From Paraspadella gotoi (Eukaryota; Animalia; Chaetognatha), in assembly GCA_051294375.1 (NCBI GenBank), contig CM119268.1:21658010-21722009 (forward strand): a stretch of DNA of 64,000 bases, given 5' to 3'. The position numbers were made by a program, and so were the translations under genes. This document shows positions 35,149 through 47,418 of this stretch, piece after piece. The first letter of the stretch is position 1; the number at the start of each line of letters is the position of its first letter. The notes under the pieces are model-generated. The model searched no databases and had not been told where the DNA came from. It saw nothing but the letters and a program-made list of their open reading frames with translations.

Positions 35149-36071
35149 TGTGGATAAGACGCGAAGTGGGCTGAAGATGACTATCCGCAACTTCTTTAAC
35201 CCCTCGAGCAGCCATGGAACGGGTCCTGGGCTTGGAACCAGGTTTAAAGGTTGTCCACTAGAGTGGAGCACTCAAGAACAAAAAATTTATTTGAATGATC
35301 GAACAAGGATATTTATATGTGAGATAGTATGATTAACTAGTATAAAAAATATTTTGTTCATATTGTCTCGGGAACAGAATAGTAAAATATAATATATTTG
35401 TAGTAATATTCTTATAAAATAGTAAATTTTTTTTTAAAAAATTTAAACTTTTAATAAAGATTCAGGTTCTTCATAAAAATTTGAATCAAAAATATAATAC
35501 ATGTTCTCAAAAATTATGTCATCTTCAGTGTTTAAAACGGGAAAAATGATAAAAATTCATACCTTTTTTATTCTCTGTAGTAAAAACTTATATATGTTAA
35601 AACGTTTTAGTCATTTTTTGTGATCCAAACATTAAAATATCATATAACATATTTTATATAAGTTTCTTAGTTTTTTACGGTGAATCCAAATCTGTTCTTA
35701 ATAATACAAAATTTTTTTTCAAATTTAACGATTTTATAATGAAATTACTACACAAATAATTAAATTGACTATACTGTTCTACTAAAAAAAAATTTAAAAG
35801 GATTTAAAATTCTTTAATTACATTTCCATAGGCAACAAAAAAATGATTTTTAATCACTCAATCTTTTCATCACTCCACCCTATTGTCCACGCCCCAAAAG
35901 AGGCTGAGGGCCGTCCTCACGGTTCCCGCGGGGTAGGTACCTGGTTAAGATTGAACCCGGTACCTAGTGGTCATAAGCTGATAGCTTTACTCAATGAGCC
36001 AACGAATCACGACTGAAAGTATCATGCTTATAGGCGGGGTGAACTTATGCTATGCCCGACTGGCGACTACA
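35149..36071 (-). mobile_element. TRIM family A LTR with PBS remnant, split by a hAT MITE
   Basis: LTR halves 35149-35258 and 35883-36071; tcacca (PBS, minus strand) is adjacent at 35142-35147. Confidence 0.8.
35259..35882 (+). mobile_element. hAT MITE
   Basis: TIRs TAGAGTGGAG / CTCCACCCTA; exact 8-bp TSD TTGTCCAC; truncated relative at ~11087-11460. Confidence 0.88.
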
Positions 36072-38070
36072 ATATGATACTAATGATATATAAAGTCTAA
36101 CGACCTTAAAGAATATTATGCAAACTATATTGTTAAAGCACAAGAAATGCTACTTAAAAAGGTGAGTGACTAATCATAGAGAAGAACAGGAAAAACTGAC
36201 GAATGAGAAGCATGAAGATGATGTCATAAATATGATATAAAAGATATTTCCAGGATTAGTGGATAGCTATAGCTCTGGAGATTTTTATCCCAATCTGATA
36301 AAGATAAATCTAACTCAATCTAACTTAACTCACTCTCGAGCTTGTTGGATAAGCCTATCAGAAAACAGATTGGTTATCCAATAAGAATGCAGGTATAAAT
36401 TATTGGGCGTAGGAAGGGAATCTTTTGAGAGAGGGGCGGGGCGCTTAACCCGCCTGTAACACGGTGTTACAGCCTGTTCCGAAGCTCAGGGACAGCTCAT
36501 ATTGAACGGTTCTGTCACTAACACATAACAATTATCACTATCTCTTCACCTTCTTTTTTATCTTTTTCATATCTACACTTTTCATTGATACTAATTTCCA
36601 GTTCTTTTTTATTAATTTTTCAGTTAAACCGTTACTATTAAAAATCTCTGCCTTTTTTCAGTCTCATATCCATTAGGATAGATTCAGGGATGAATCTTAA
36701 TTCATATGTCAAAAAAATAGCGGCATTAAAAATACATTATTGCTGTAGATACTCCAGAATATTTTTTTTAAATTGTAAAGTAACAATAAAAGTTATAATG
36801 CTCCGGGTAACCTTTCTATGAGCAAAGTTATCATTTTTATTTACCTTTGGATGTATTATCAGAACCAAATATCAAACAAGTCCAAAAAAAAAGAAAAATC
36901 AAGATTTTGTTGAAATGAAAAAAAAAAACAACTTCATCACATTATGATTATGCAACAACAACTCAAGCCTGGTTTACTTTATAGGGGATCAATCTTTTTC
37001 ACTGCTTGCCAAGAACCATTTTTTGCCCTAAATCTGATAAAAAATATCATGTCAGAGATATAATATTAACAATAATGTGAATAGTCCTCTTGATCAAAAA
37101 GAGGTGAAAACAGTTGGAGGCAACCTCTTTTGGAAGTATTTGTATACATTAAATAATTTTATGCTGTTGAGAAATAATATTTTTCTTCAGTCCTAGGGAG
37201 GTCATATTACATATTAAAACTCATTTACCAGCAAAAAATATATTTTACAATGAAATTAACCTACTTTTCCAAACCCCAACAATTTTTTTTCCATCTTGGT
37301 AAGCGTTAAGTAAAGACTATATGTCTTCAAGATGTAACTAGATTGGTAAACTCTATGCACTATAGTGCAACTGTATCATGGTATAAACGGTATAAACCAA
37401 GTGTTATATGCTTTTAAGCATTCTTTTGTAATATGTATAAAAGGTCATTAAACTGTATAAATTTAATTAATGCTATGGGTTCATTTAATATAAGAATATA
37501 TAAACTTCGGCAATAAATAGCCCTGATTCCTGGTTCTTTATTATTTATATATCTAATCACTGTCTGAGAATTTAACCATTCCTCTATAGGAGGTAATAGA
37601 TGTATTAATAAAAGATAGTATTTCACTGAATTATTATAGTAGTTAGTTCGAACATGAATAGGCTAGGGACTAGGGAATTCGCTGAGATACCCAGTTTACG
37701 CCCTGGGGTATGACCTGATAGGGAATTGAGGGATGTCATCAACCAGGCTTGCCTGGATCAAGGTTTAGGAACCTTTCTATAAACTGTAATATCTTAGAAT
37801 ATCCTATCTGTCCTATCTGTCCTATCCTATCCTATCTGTCCTAGTTTTCTAATAGATATCACACATCATTTCTGTTAGAAAGTCATTAATGAAAAATCAT
37901 AATATCTAAGAGGCTTAAGAGGCTTAGGCTTATATTAGATGTAAATTTTAAATTGAATTTCACGAAAATCGCTGAATTTGTAAAATGTAACTAAAATATT
38001 ATTATGATATTTTACGATTTAAGACTTGAGAGACTTTTACTTTCTCGCAAATGGTTGAACGGTGTCTCTC

Positions 38071-40317
38071 TCACTCTTCCATCTGCTCCAAGATCCAATT
38101 GAGATTTGCGTGCACGTTGGTGTAAACCCCGGGCGCGTTTTCCCCCGCGCATTTCCCGCCAAAACTCGTGACGCCGACGACCACGTTGATGTGGGTCTCC
38201 ACCACGCTGAGCGGTCCGCCGCTGTCGCCCTGACGAGGCGCGGGAATTGGGAAATTTAAATAGGAAGCGGTATTTATATTGATCATTTGTTATTCGAGCC
38301 TCGTTTCTAATCTCGTTTGCATGTTATGTCGTATTTTGAGGAGGCAGAAAGTCACGTGAATTAAAACTCAGTTGTGTAGCGATATATTCACACTGCCTCA
38401 GAGGAAGTATATTCAGTATAGGCAGTATAGGCAGTATAGGCAGTATATTCACACTGCCTCACTGGCTCAGTGGGGTAACACACCATCCCAGGCGTAGTTT
38501 TCCATCCACAGTCCTAACGACTTCCCTCCTCTGCGTTGGCAAAGCGAGACCGTCCTAGGGTAACCGCGCCAGTGACTGGATGCGTCACTGAGGGTCGGAA
38601 GCCCCCAAAGCCAAAAGTGAGATTCCCCATCCCAATGGGCATCACAGGCAACCCGGCTGTTGCCATAGTTGCTTAATAAAAACACTTGCGCACTTTTATA
38701 CATCTTTCTTTCCACGTTCTGTTTCTTTTCTTTTATTGCTCCTTTCCTTTCATTTCTCAAAAGCCAATCGGGTATAACATCTCCCTCCCATCCCATCCCA
38801 TCCCATCCCCTCCCCCCTTCCCCTCCACCTGGCAAGTGTCTCTTCCTCCTCTCGCGTATCCAGCGCAGACATCCTCTTCGGAGTCGATCGCTTGCGCCAG
38901 ACGCGCGTAACGAGGGTCAGCATTGGCGCGGTAGAGGTCGCGGCAGGGCAGCGGCGGGATCAGCAGCACCGTGGTCACTTGAAGGTGCTGAGCGGACTCG
39001 GAGAATCGAGCGGAGGACGTGCGACCCCAACCTTGGGAATAGTGGAGACAGTGAAAACGAATAACGTTGGATACAACACTTTCTTTCCTAGGAAGATGGG
39101 TATCTGTCTGAAGGTAGGTTTCGACTTGTCTCTCATTAGGAAAGAGGTAAGAAAAATGAGTGTAATTATTCTAAAGTATACAAGTATGGTGGACGAAAAT
39201 CCACCAACCACTTGGTGCCGGAGGCAAGTCATTCGCCTCCCAACCCAAAGGTCCGGGGTTCTAACCCGGTGGTCGCCAAGCAGTAAAGAGGGACGGGGCG
39301 CTTAACCCGCCTGTAACACGGTGTTACAGCCTGATCCGAAGCTCAGGGACTGCTTATATTTAACGGTTCTGTCGCTAACACATAACAATAATTACTGTCT
39401 CTTCAATACTATATATGTATACTATACATATTACATAGAAATACAAATTAAGTGGGAGAGGAAGGGAGGTGTCTTGTGCCCCGACTTGTGGGTTGAGCGC
39501 GACTATGCCCAACTCCCGCCTCTTGGGTTACCGGAGGGACGAGGAGGAAGGGACGAGGTAAAGGAGTAAAAGCAGCTTCAGGAAAGCTCTCGCTGGTTTT
39601 GCGCGGCGAAACTAAAAATATCAAGCTTCAGGGTATTCAATTTTTTTTTTTAAATTAAATTTAACCACGAAAAAATAGTAAGAATTCCTTTTTGTGTCAT
39701 TCTTGATTAAACACTAGATACTCGTATTATCTTCTTTTTATCACAAATAGTGTCCAAAGGACCTCAATGAGAAAGCCTCACCCGCTATGTTAGCCCTTCT
39801 CCCTTCCTTGTAAAGATTCTCCACTTTCCCATTGTCGCTCGTGGGGAGACAAGCTGGTCGCACGAAGAAAGTGAACTTGATCGATTTGACTTTGAGCAAA
39901 GCGACGTCCCGACGCATGTAATCTGCAGACAGCCATTCCACTTGGCGATAGCTTGAGTGAGAGAAAGGAGTTGGTGATAAGTGAACGACGATCGCCATCC
40001 GCAATGGATGCTGAAAAATGAGGTCTTTCGCCTTCAAGAAACGAACACCGAAGATAGAACCGCCTTCTTGGACAAGAAGTCTAAATTATATGAAATTATT
40101 ACGTAGGAAGTCACTTTGAGACAATGAAAAAAAAAACAACTATTGTTGACTTTGAGTAAATATTGTGGATAATATTGTTTTATTTAATATTTATTACTCT
40201 GGATGCTTGATGATTTCCTCTATTTCCAGTTTCTGATGATTTTCTCCAGGTTGCTTCCAGTTCGTCATGCCGACGTGAACGGTGTATTGGCTGCAAGGGA
40301 TAAAAGAATTAAAACGA

Positions 40318-40385
<68 letters not shown>

Positions 40386-43300
40386 CATTATTATGCAACT
40401 TAAATCTTTCACCTCATCCGCTCAGTCCATCAGTCCGTCAGTCTTTCCTCACCTTTTCGAATATTTCCTCCAACTCACCTCAGCCGCGTCTCCTTTCGGT
40501 AAAAATCGTCGAAACAGTGAGCGGCCGTCAACGCCCACTTCCGGTCAATGACGGTGGCGCCACAGTGAGGCTCGTCCTCCAGCTGCACCAGCGCCGCCCA
40601 CGGGAACGCGCCGTCCTGAGCGTCCTCTCCGCCGACGACTCGTAGACCGGAAATAGCGTCAGGGTCTTGGTAGACGTGACGGGTTCCGCAGGCGATGTTG
40701 ACCAAGTCAGAATCGGCTTTGGAGGGGGGGGGAAGTATGTGGAAAGGTGGGGGATGTGCGTGTGTGAAAGAGATGTGAGAAAGAAGAGAAAGAGGGAAAA
40801 TAGGAGAAAGTGAGGGGAAAATGAAGAGGCATTGTATGCAAGAAAGAGTGGGAAAAATGAAGAGGCATTGTATGCAAGAAAGTGTGGGGAAAAATGAAGG
40901 GGCATTGTATGCAAGGAAGTGTGGGAAAAATGAAGGGGCATTGTATGCAAGGAAGTGTGGGAAAAAGGTTGGGTATTGAATACGAGGAAAAATCGAGAAA
41001 GGTGGGATATGAGTGAAAAGGGGAAAAGAGAATTGAATTGAGGAAGAATTGAGAAAGGAGCGATATGTGTGAAAAGGGGAATTGAGAAAGTTGATTGAAA
41101 GGGGAAGTGTGCAAACGGGATGAAGAGAGGTTTGCGTAGGAGGAAGTGTGGAGAAACAAAGGAAAAAGCTTTGATACCATATATTATGGAAATGGGGAGA
41201 CATGTGTGATGCCTTGGGTGTGAGACCTGCAGGGACCACCCTATGTCACTGGGATGTTTATGACGACACCGTCACACTTAACCAGCGAGAGGTGGAGGGA
41301 ATTGAACCCGGAACTCACCATTGGTGAACGATAAAGGGACAAGCTGAGTTCGACCGAGCTATACGAGATACGAATTTAGGATTCGCCACAATATATCGTA
41401 AAACATATCATTCGTTATTTGCTACGATTGAAACAAATAATATTAACTAATATTAAATAGTATTATATCAGTATTCGACTCACAATTGGGCTTCTTATAA
41501 CATTTGACCAAATCCGGGACTTCGTCGTCGACGCTGTCGTCATAGCAACAGTTGGATTGCGTCTCGCAATTGCTTCTGCCGGCGTCGAGGATCCTCTGCC
41601 GGAATCGGTCGTCCACGCAGTGTTCTCTGTCGAAAGGCTTCACGCGGTTGCAGAGGTGATCCTGAGTGAGGGTTTAAAGGAATTATATAATAATTATATA
41701 TAATGTTGAAAAGTTAGTTTAAATGGCGGCGGAGGGATTCGAACCCACGCCTCCGAAGAGACAAACAATTAAATCCTTCCTTTTCTTTTTAATTCCTCAT
41801 TTTTCTTCTTTTATTTCATTTTCTTTCTTTCTTTTTTTCTTTCAATTTTTACCTCAGAATAGAAGCACTCGGGAACTCCCTTGAGTCCAGCCTGAAAGCA
41901 GCAGCCTTTGGCGTGGCAATCCGCAGCCGAAGTCCGCGGCTCTGCGCAACTGAGTCTGCTGCAGGGCGTCACTCTGACGTTGTGACGAGAGGGAGGGGTC
42001 GATGTATAGTAAATTTACAAATCTGATGCTTAAAGATATTTGTTTAATACAAAAAGAATTAGTAAATCATTTTGACTCACCAAGGAGAATAAAATCTTTC
42101 TGCTACTCATTTCAGTTTCTAATGTGTTTCTTTAATAAGAACAATTATTCTGCTTACCTCTTTCTTTACATTAAAATAAAGTTCTCTTTGTTTACAAACA
42201 ACCAAGTTTATTATTTTGTTTCGTTTTTTGTCCCTTTATTTGTTTTTAAATAAAAACCTGTCGTTTGTAAACAAACTTGGTATCTTTTAAATGAATAAAT
42301 TTAGATTCATCATTATAAATATATAATATCAGTTGTAACTTTTCTCCATCACCTGTAGCACTGCTCCGTTCCGATTTCTGGCCTGGCGATTTCGTAGTAG
42401 CGCTGAGATTCCGCTAAATATTCGTTCTTCTTCATCAACCTGCAACTTCGGACGTAATAGAAAGTAGAAAAGGAGCCCAGGGTTGCTGAAGAAAGGACAG
42501 GAGAAATCTATCATGTGACCAGTGATCGATTTGACCGTGCTCAATGAATTCAATTAATCCACGACTAAAATTGCGTAGTTGTTAATAATTAGCGCAAAAA
42601 ACGTAATACACGGTTCCCTAGACACCCCGAAAAAGAAAATAGAAATAACCCATTTTTGAAACACAAAAAAATGAAAAATATAATGTTTTTACTACATCGT
42701 GAATATAAATAAAAATAATTTAGCATTTGAAGTAAAAATAATCGCTACTAATAATCGTTACTAATAATCGTTACTAACGGCCTGAGCTATAAATCAAATA
42801 GCCTGTCCAATGTCAGGGGCAAGATACTTTTTTTTTCGTGGAATTAAATATTATTTAAAAAATGTTTATGTTAATACCAAATATCACTTTCTCACCCATG
42901 GCAACGATGAGCATCAAAGAAATGAACCACAAACTTCGATAAGAAATTTCGTTTTCTCCGCAAAAGATTTTGAAGCAAAGAGGAAGTTTCAGCGTCGAAG
43001 GAGTTGGCCTGATATTCAAAATAGTTGGCCTGAGTTGGCCTGATATGCAAAATTTTTGGCCTGAGTTGGCCTGATATGCAAAATTGTTGGCCTGAGTTGG
43101 CCTGATATTAAAAATTGTTGCGATGAGTTAACCTGTTATTCAAAATTGTTTGCCTGAGTTGGCCTTATATTCAAAATTTGGCTCTCTTTTCCAAGAGTGC
43201 CCCATTTCTGTTCATTTATCCTAGAACCTGAGTCTAATTTTAATATTTAACCTAAAATACTTTTAAACCGATCCCTAATCCTAATCCATAACCCTAACCT

Positions 43301-45164
43301 AATCCTAAAATCTAAACCTAATCACTAATTTTTAACCTGAATCACTATCCTAATCCCTAATTTAATCCTTAACCCTAACCTTTAACCTAATCTTTAACGA
43401 AATTGAATTCATCCGCCGATAGAATCGTAGCTCGAACGACGACGCGCGTTTCCTTCTCTGCGCATGCGCAATGGACTCACCTGGGAACGTCGTACATTAG
43501 TTCCACCGATTTTGGCGGCAAAGCTGGAGGAGAAGGCGACGAGGGAGAAGAAGTGAGGGCGCTTTGTCGCTTGGAAACGAAGATGTTACGAAGATAACTG
43601 AATATTTATAAGAATTTAAATACTTCTAATATTTAAATACTTCTAATATTTAAATACTTCTCATATTGTCGATCACCTCTTAAGACTTAACCACAAATAT
43701 TTGTTGAAAACTATCTCGCTCTCTCTCTCTCTCTCATATCTTTTGTCTTTCTACTATCTAGGAAAAAAGTATATAACATAATTCACTTATTCAATAAAAA
43801 GTATACAAAACATGGGTAAAACATTCTCAATATTTGGTATGCCCTTCCTCGGCATCGACTACTGCCTGCATTCATCTGGACATGCTCTCATACAGCAAAT
43901 TAAGGTATGACAGTGAAATGTTTTTCCACATTTTTAACGCAATTCTTTTCAGATCCGATATTAAAGTTGCATGTCATTCTCTCTTTTCTTAAAAGTATAA
44001 TAGCACTTTTTTTAACCAAAAAGAGGTGTAAGGCCTAGAGCATTGTCAAATTAAAAAAAAATAACTAACTCTATTTAAAGTAAAAACAAATAACTAAATA
44101 CTAAAAATGGTAGAAAACTAAATATGATTTTTTTTACATTTTTAATTTAAGAAAAATAGCAATATTTTTTGCTCTAACTTCTAAACAATTTGACCTACAA
44201 AAAAAATGGAAGGAAGCTACAGAAAAGCAATTTAATGTAGATTTGAAAACATTCTGATTTTTTTTAAATCAAAAAAATTTTCCTAATAGATATCCTTTAT
44301 GAAAAATGTTATATAGTTTTTTCTCAGATAGTAATCTTAATATTTTCTTCTCATTCTATCTTCTTTTTCTTTCGACAGATTTTTTTTTTCTCTTCTATCG
44401 CTTTTTTTTGGGTCCAAAATCGAATTTCTTCCGGTAGTTTTTTCTCCATTCTCCTTTTTCAGCCGGATCTGCTTTCCGCCGGATCTGCTTTCCGCCGGAT
44501 CTGCTTTCCGCCGGATCTGCTTTCCGCCGGATCTGCTTTCCGCGGTTTCCGACTCAACTTTGTCGGTCCGTCGGTCCGTCACATTACGATGTGACGATGT
44601 TCGTTTCTTCTCTCTTCCTTTTTCCAACCTTCCCTCTTCTTTTCTCCCCTCTTCCTCCCTCTTACATCCCTTTCCTTCCTCTTCTTCATCCCTCTCTTCT
44701 CCTCTCTTCCCTTCCTCCCTCCCTCCCTTCCTACTTTACCGCGATCCCCGACGAAGAGATTCTCTGTAGTTCGAGGACGTTCCAGATTTCGGCTTCGGCG
44801 GCGGCCGCGGCGCGCGGCTTGGCCCACGAGGATCGTTCGAACTCGCGTGGCCATTGGGGTTGTTTTCGCCCTCGGAGTTGTGAGGACCGTTCGAGTGGGG
44901 GAGTCCGTTTCTGTTCTCCGAGTCCTCGCAGACTTCGGGGCTGCGCGCCGGATCGGCCCGTCGGGCGCCGAACGGACTGACCGAGGAGTCGGGCTTTTTG
45001 TCGGGCAAAGTAGGAGGAGGCGGATGGAAGAGCTTAAACGGAGGTGGTTGTTTGCAGGGCTGAGCTGGGGAAGAGATTTTGCGGGGTTGAGCTGGGGAAG
45101 GCAGTTTGTTGAGCTGAGCGGGAGATGGAAGTTGAAATTGTTTTGGCGAAGACGTGGTGGCCAT
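38071..45164 (-). CDS. Type II transmembrane trypsin-like serine protease with two trefoil (P-type) domains, ~649 aa
   Basis: 11 exons, all GT-AG and in phase, totalling 1950 nt: 45164-44740, 43597-43481, 43008-42896, 42485-42353, 41973-41853, 41661-41484, 40716-40479, 40290-40198, 39951-39782, 39031-38829, 38229-38071. TM segment SLWFISLMLIVAMATLGSFSTFYYV; trefoils C..VTP..R..C..C..KGCCF..GVPECF and C..VKP..R..C..C..NCCYD..KCY; activation site R|VVGG; triad TAAHC, DVALL, GDSGGP; S1 Asp in RDTCQ. Confidence 0.9.
38375..38667 (+). mobile_element. Solo LTR of TRIM family B in the last protease intron
   Basis: Homologous to the 17531-18161 LTRs; exact 4-bp TSD GTTG (38371-38374, 38668-38671); A-box-like TGGCTCAGTGG at ~38463. 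Confidence 0.85.
39161..39405 (+). mobile_element. tRNA-derived repeat (SINE or solo LTR); 3' part repeated at ~36430-36548
   Basis: B-box-like GGTTCTAACCC at ~39257; the segment ggggcgcttaacccgcctgtaacacggtgttacagcctg..ctcttca is shared with 36437-36548. Boundaries approximate. Confidence 0.55.
41200..41368 (-). mobile_element. tRNA-derived SINE-like remnant
   Basis: Minus-strand A-box-like TAGCTCGGTCG and B-box GGTTCAATTCC in a GC-rich intronic block. Confidence 0.45.
41724..41762 (-). pseudogene. 3' fragment of tRNA-Leu
   Basis: Minus strand gtctcttcggaggcgtgggttcgaatccctccgccgcca; no 5' half. Confidence 0.8.
43001..43180. repeat. ~31-bp tandem repeat overlapping a splice acceptor
   Basis: gagttggcctgatattcaaaatagttggcct repeated ~5-6 times. 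Confidence 0.85.
43828..43896 (-). pseudogene. Tc1 transposase C-terminal relic
   Basis: LYESMSR*MQAVVDAEEGHTKY* matches the Tc1 C-terminus SMPRRxxAVxxAxGGxTKY*. Confidence 0.65.
44462..44541. repeat. 16-bp tandem repeat, 5 copies
   Basis: gccggatctgctttcc; contains the HINE family 1 subTIR cggatctgc and abuts a HINE 5' fragment. Confidence 0.9.
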
Positions 45165-45444
45165 TTTTATCGTGTAGCAATGATTCTTTTTATTTATTTT
45201 TTTGTGTTACAGATGACTGTTTTTATTTGTAACGATTTAGACGGAAAAAGCGTTATATTGAGTCACTGAGAAAACGTTTTAATTTTTGCTTGTTGTTGAG
45301 AAGCCAGGGTTTCTTAAATTCTTAATTATATTCATTTATTTTTTGACCCATTTAGCTTATAACCAAGTTTATTCTCTCAAGTCAAAATTCATCATAAACC
45401 TGAAAATGAGTCAAAGTGAATAATTTACTTCCTCTCGGTATCTG

Positions 45445-45511
<67 letters not shown>

Positions 45512-46089
45512 ACAACGCCCCTCCTAATGAAATCACAGAAAAATCTTCAAAAAAATGCGGGTTTTCCAATCATTCAGGATCAGGAAAGTCGAAAGAACAT
45601 TCTGGCCGAAACCTAACGATCAGTTTAGCTATTTTTAGTTTTCTGTTTTAAACTCTTTTCCACTCCTACGATTCCATCAAAAACTTATATCCATCAATCA
45701 CGAGTATTGGAGTTTAATGCTAAGGGGGACGGACCTACTGACTGACTGACAGACAGACAGACAGATATCATTTTTGTGCATAATTTATCATAATTAGAGG
45801 TTCTGATAGAGACGAAATCCATGAAGGGTATTTTTTTTATCATAAGCGCCATCGCAAGTTTTTTAGTATTTTGATCCACTGAATGAATTAATTTTCTAAA
45901 AAGAATTTCATTTCCTTTTATCAACNNNNNNNNNNATGCGCAGCCCTAGTACTATGTATAAATATGGGCCTTTGCGAAAATGGACAAATAAAAATTATTT
46001 TTTTTTTTTTATTTAAAAATGTTCACATGTACAAGCCTGTTCGTGATCTACTATTCGAATTTTGATTCTACTCGATTTGAATATTTTTG

Positions 46090-47418
46090 CTACGCTTTAA
46101 TCTTAGGAGTTGAATTAATCTTAGGAGTTGAATTAATCTTAGGAGTTGATTCCGATGGAGCAGGGGAGTTGGTTGGACCCGTCGGCTTAATCGTTGAGAT
46201 GTTGAAAGGCACGGACGTCGCCCTCGACGATCCGTTGGCAACCGAATCGAAGCTTGGAAGCCCGATCGGTGGATTAAGGTCGGGATGCTCCTTCTTTTGG
46301 GTGTTGACCGGAGACGAGGTGAGAACGAAGATCATGAGCATGATGAAAATCCCCGCCAAGAGGGCGAAGAATATTGGTACGATTAATTTAAGGCGACGAT
46401 TCCGAGACTCCGCCTTTGAAAAGGGGAGAAGTCGGGAAAGAAGGGAAAGGAAAGAGAGACGTCGAAGATAACAATTCGTCAAGGGGTGTCGGAAACAAAA
46501 GAGCATTTCTTCAAAGTGTGGCGAAGAAGTCAACACGCAGGACAGGAGAACAATAAAGTTGATGTTCAATGAAAAGTACAGATCCTAGAAAAGTGACCCC
46601 AAAAAAAACCTCAAGTATATTTCGACCAAATAATTGTACTGCATTCAAACATCGGCACTGCAGAAAATTTTGACTAATCAGTCACCCAAACTTCAGTAAT
46701 ACACTGTAGCCAAACTTCGTCACTGCAGCCTAACATCGTCACTGAAACCAAATGTCATCACTGCAGCCAAACTTCGTCACTGCAACCAAACTTCGTCACT
46801 GCAGCCAAACCTTGTCACTGCAACCAAATGTCATCACACAGCCCCCCCCCAAAAAAAAAAAAAACAAAAATTTCGGCAATACAGCCCAACGTCGTCACTG
46901 TAGCCAAACTTCGTCATTGCAACCAAACATCGTCACTGCAGCCAAACCTTGTCACTGCAACCAAATGTCATCACCGCAGCCAAACTTCGTCACTGGCAAC
47001 CAAACATCGTCACTGCAACCAAATGTCATCACAACAGCCAAACATCGGCAATACAGCCCAACGTCGTCACTGTAGCCAAACTTCGTCACTGCAACCAAAC
47101 ATCGTCACTGCAGCCAAAACCTTGTCACTGCAACCAAATGTCATCACCGCAGCCAAACTTCGTCACTGCAACCAAACATCGTCACTGCAACCAAATGTCA
47201 TCACTGCAGCCAAACATCGTCACTTCTGGAATCATCAGCATTACATACATAAACTTAAATACCTTCCCTTTATCTTTTTCTTCTTCGGATTTGGCGGCGG
47301 CAGCGGCTCCCTCTGCTTGGCTGCCCTGCGCCGACGGGCCCGCTTTTTTCTCCGACGCGCGGTTCAGTTTGGGGTCTTTCTCGTACATACGGAGCAGCTC
47401 AGCCTCTTCCGGATCCAT
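46090..47418 (-). CDS. Small single-pass (type II) membrane protein of unknown family, ~159 aa
   Basis: Exon 47418-47263 (MDPEEAELLRMYEKDPK...KDKGK, donor GTATTT) and exon 46413-46090 (AESRNRRLK LIVPIFFALLAGIFIMLMIFVLT ... Ser/Thr/Pro-rich), phase 0 to 0. GC-rich relative to flanks. Confidence 0.6.
46700..47225. repeat. 19-bp intronic minisatellite
   Basis: Unit cactgcagccaaacttcgt and variants. Confidence 0.9.
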
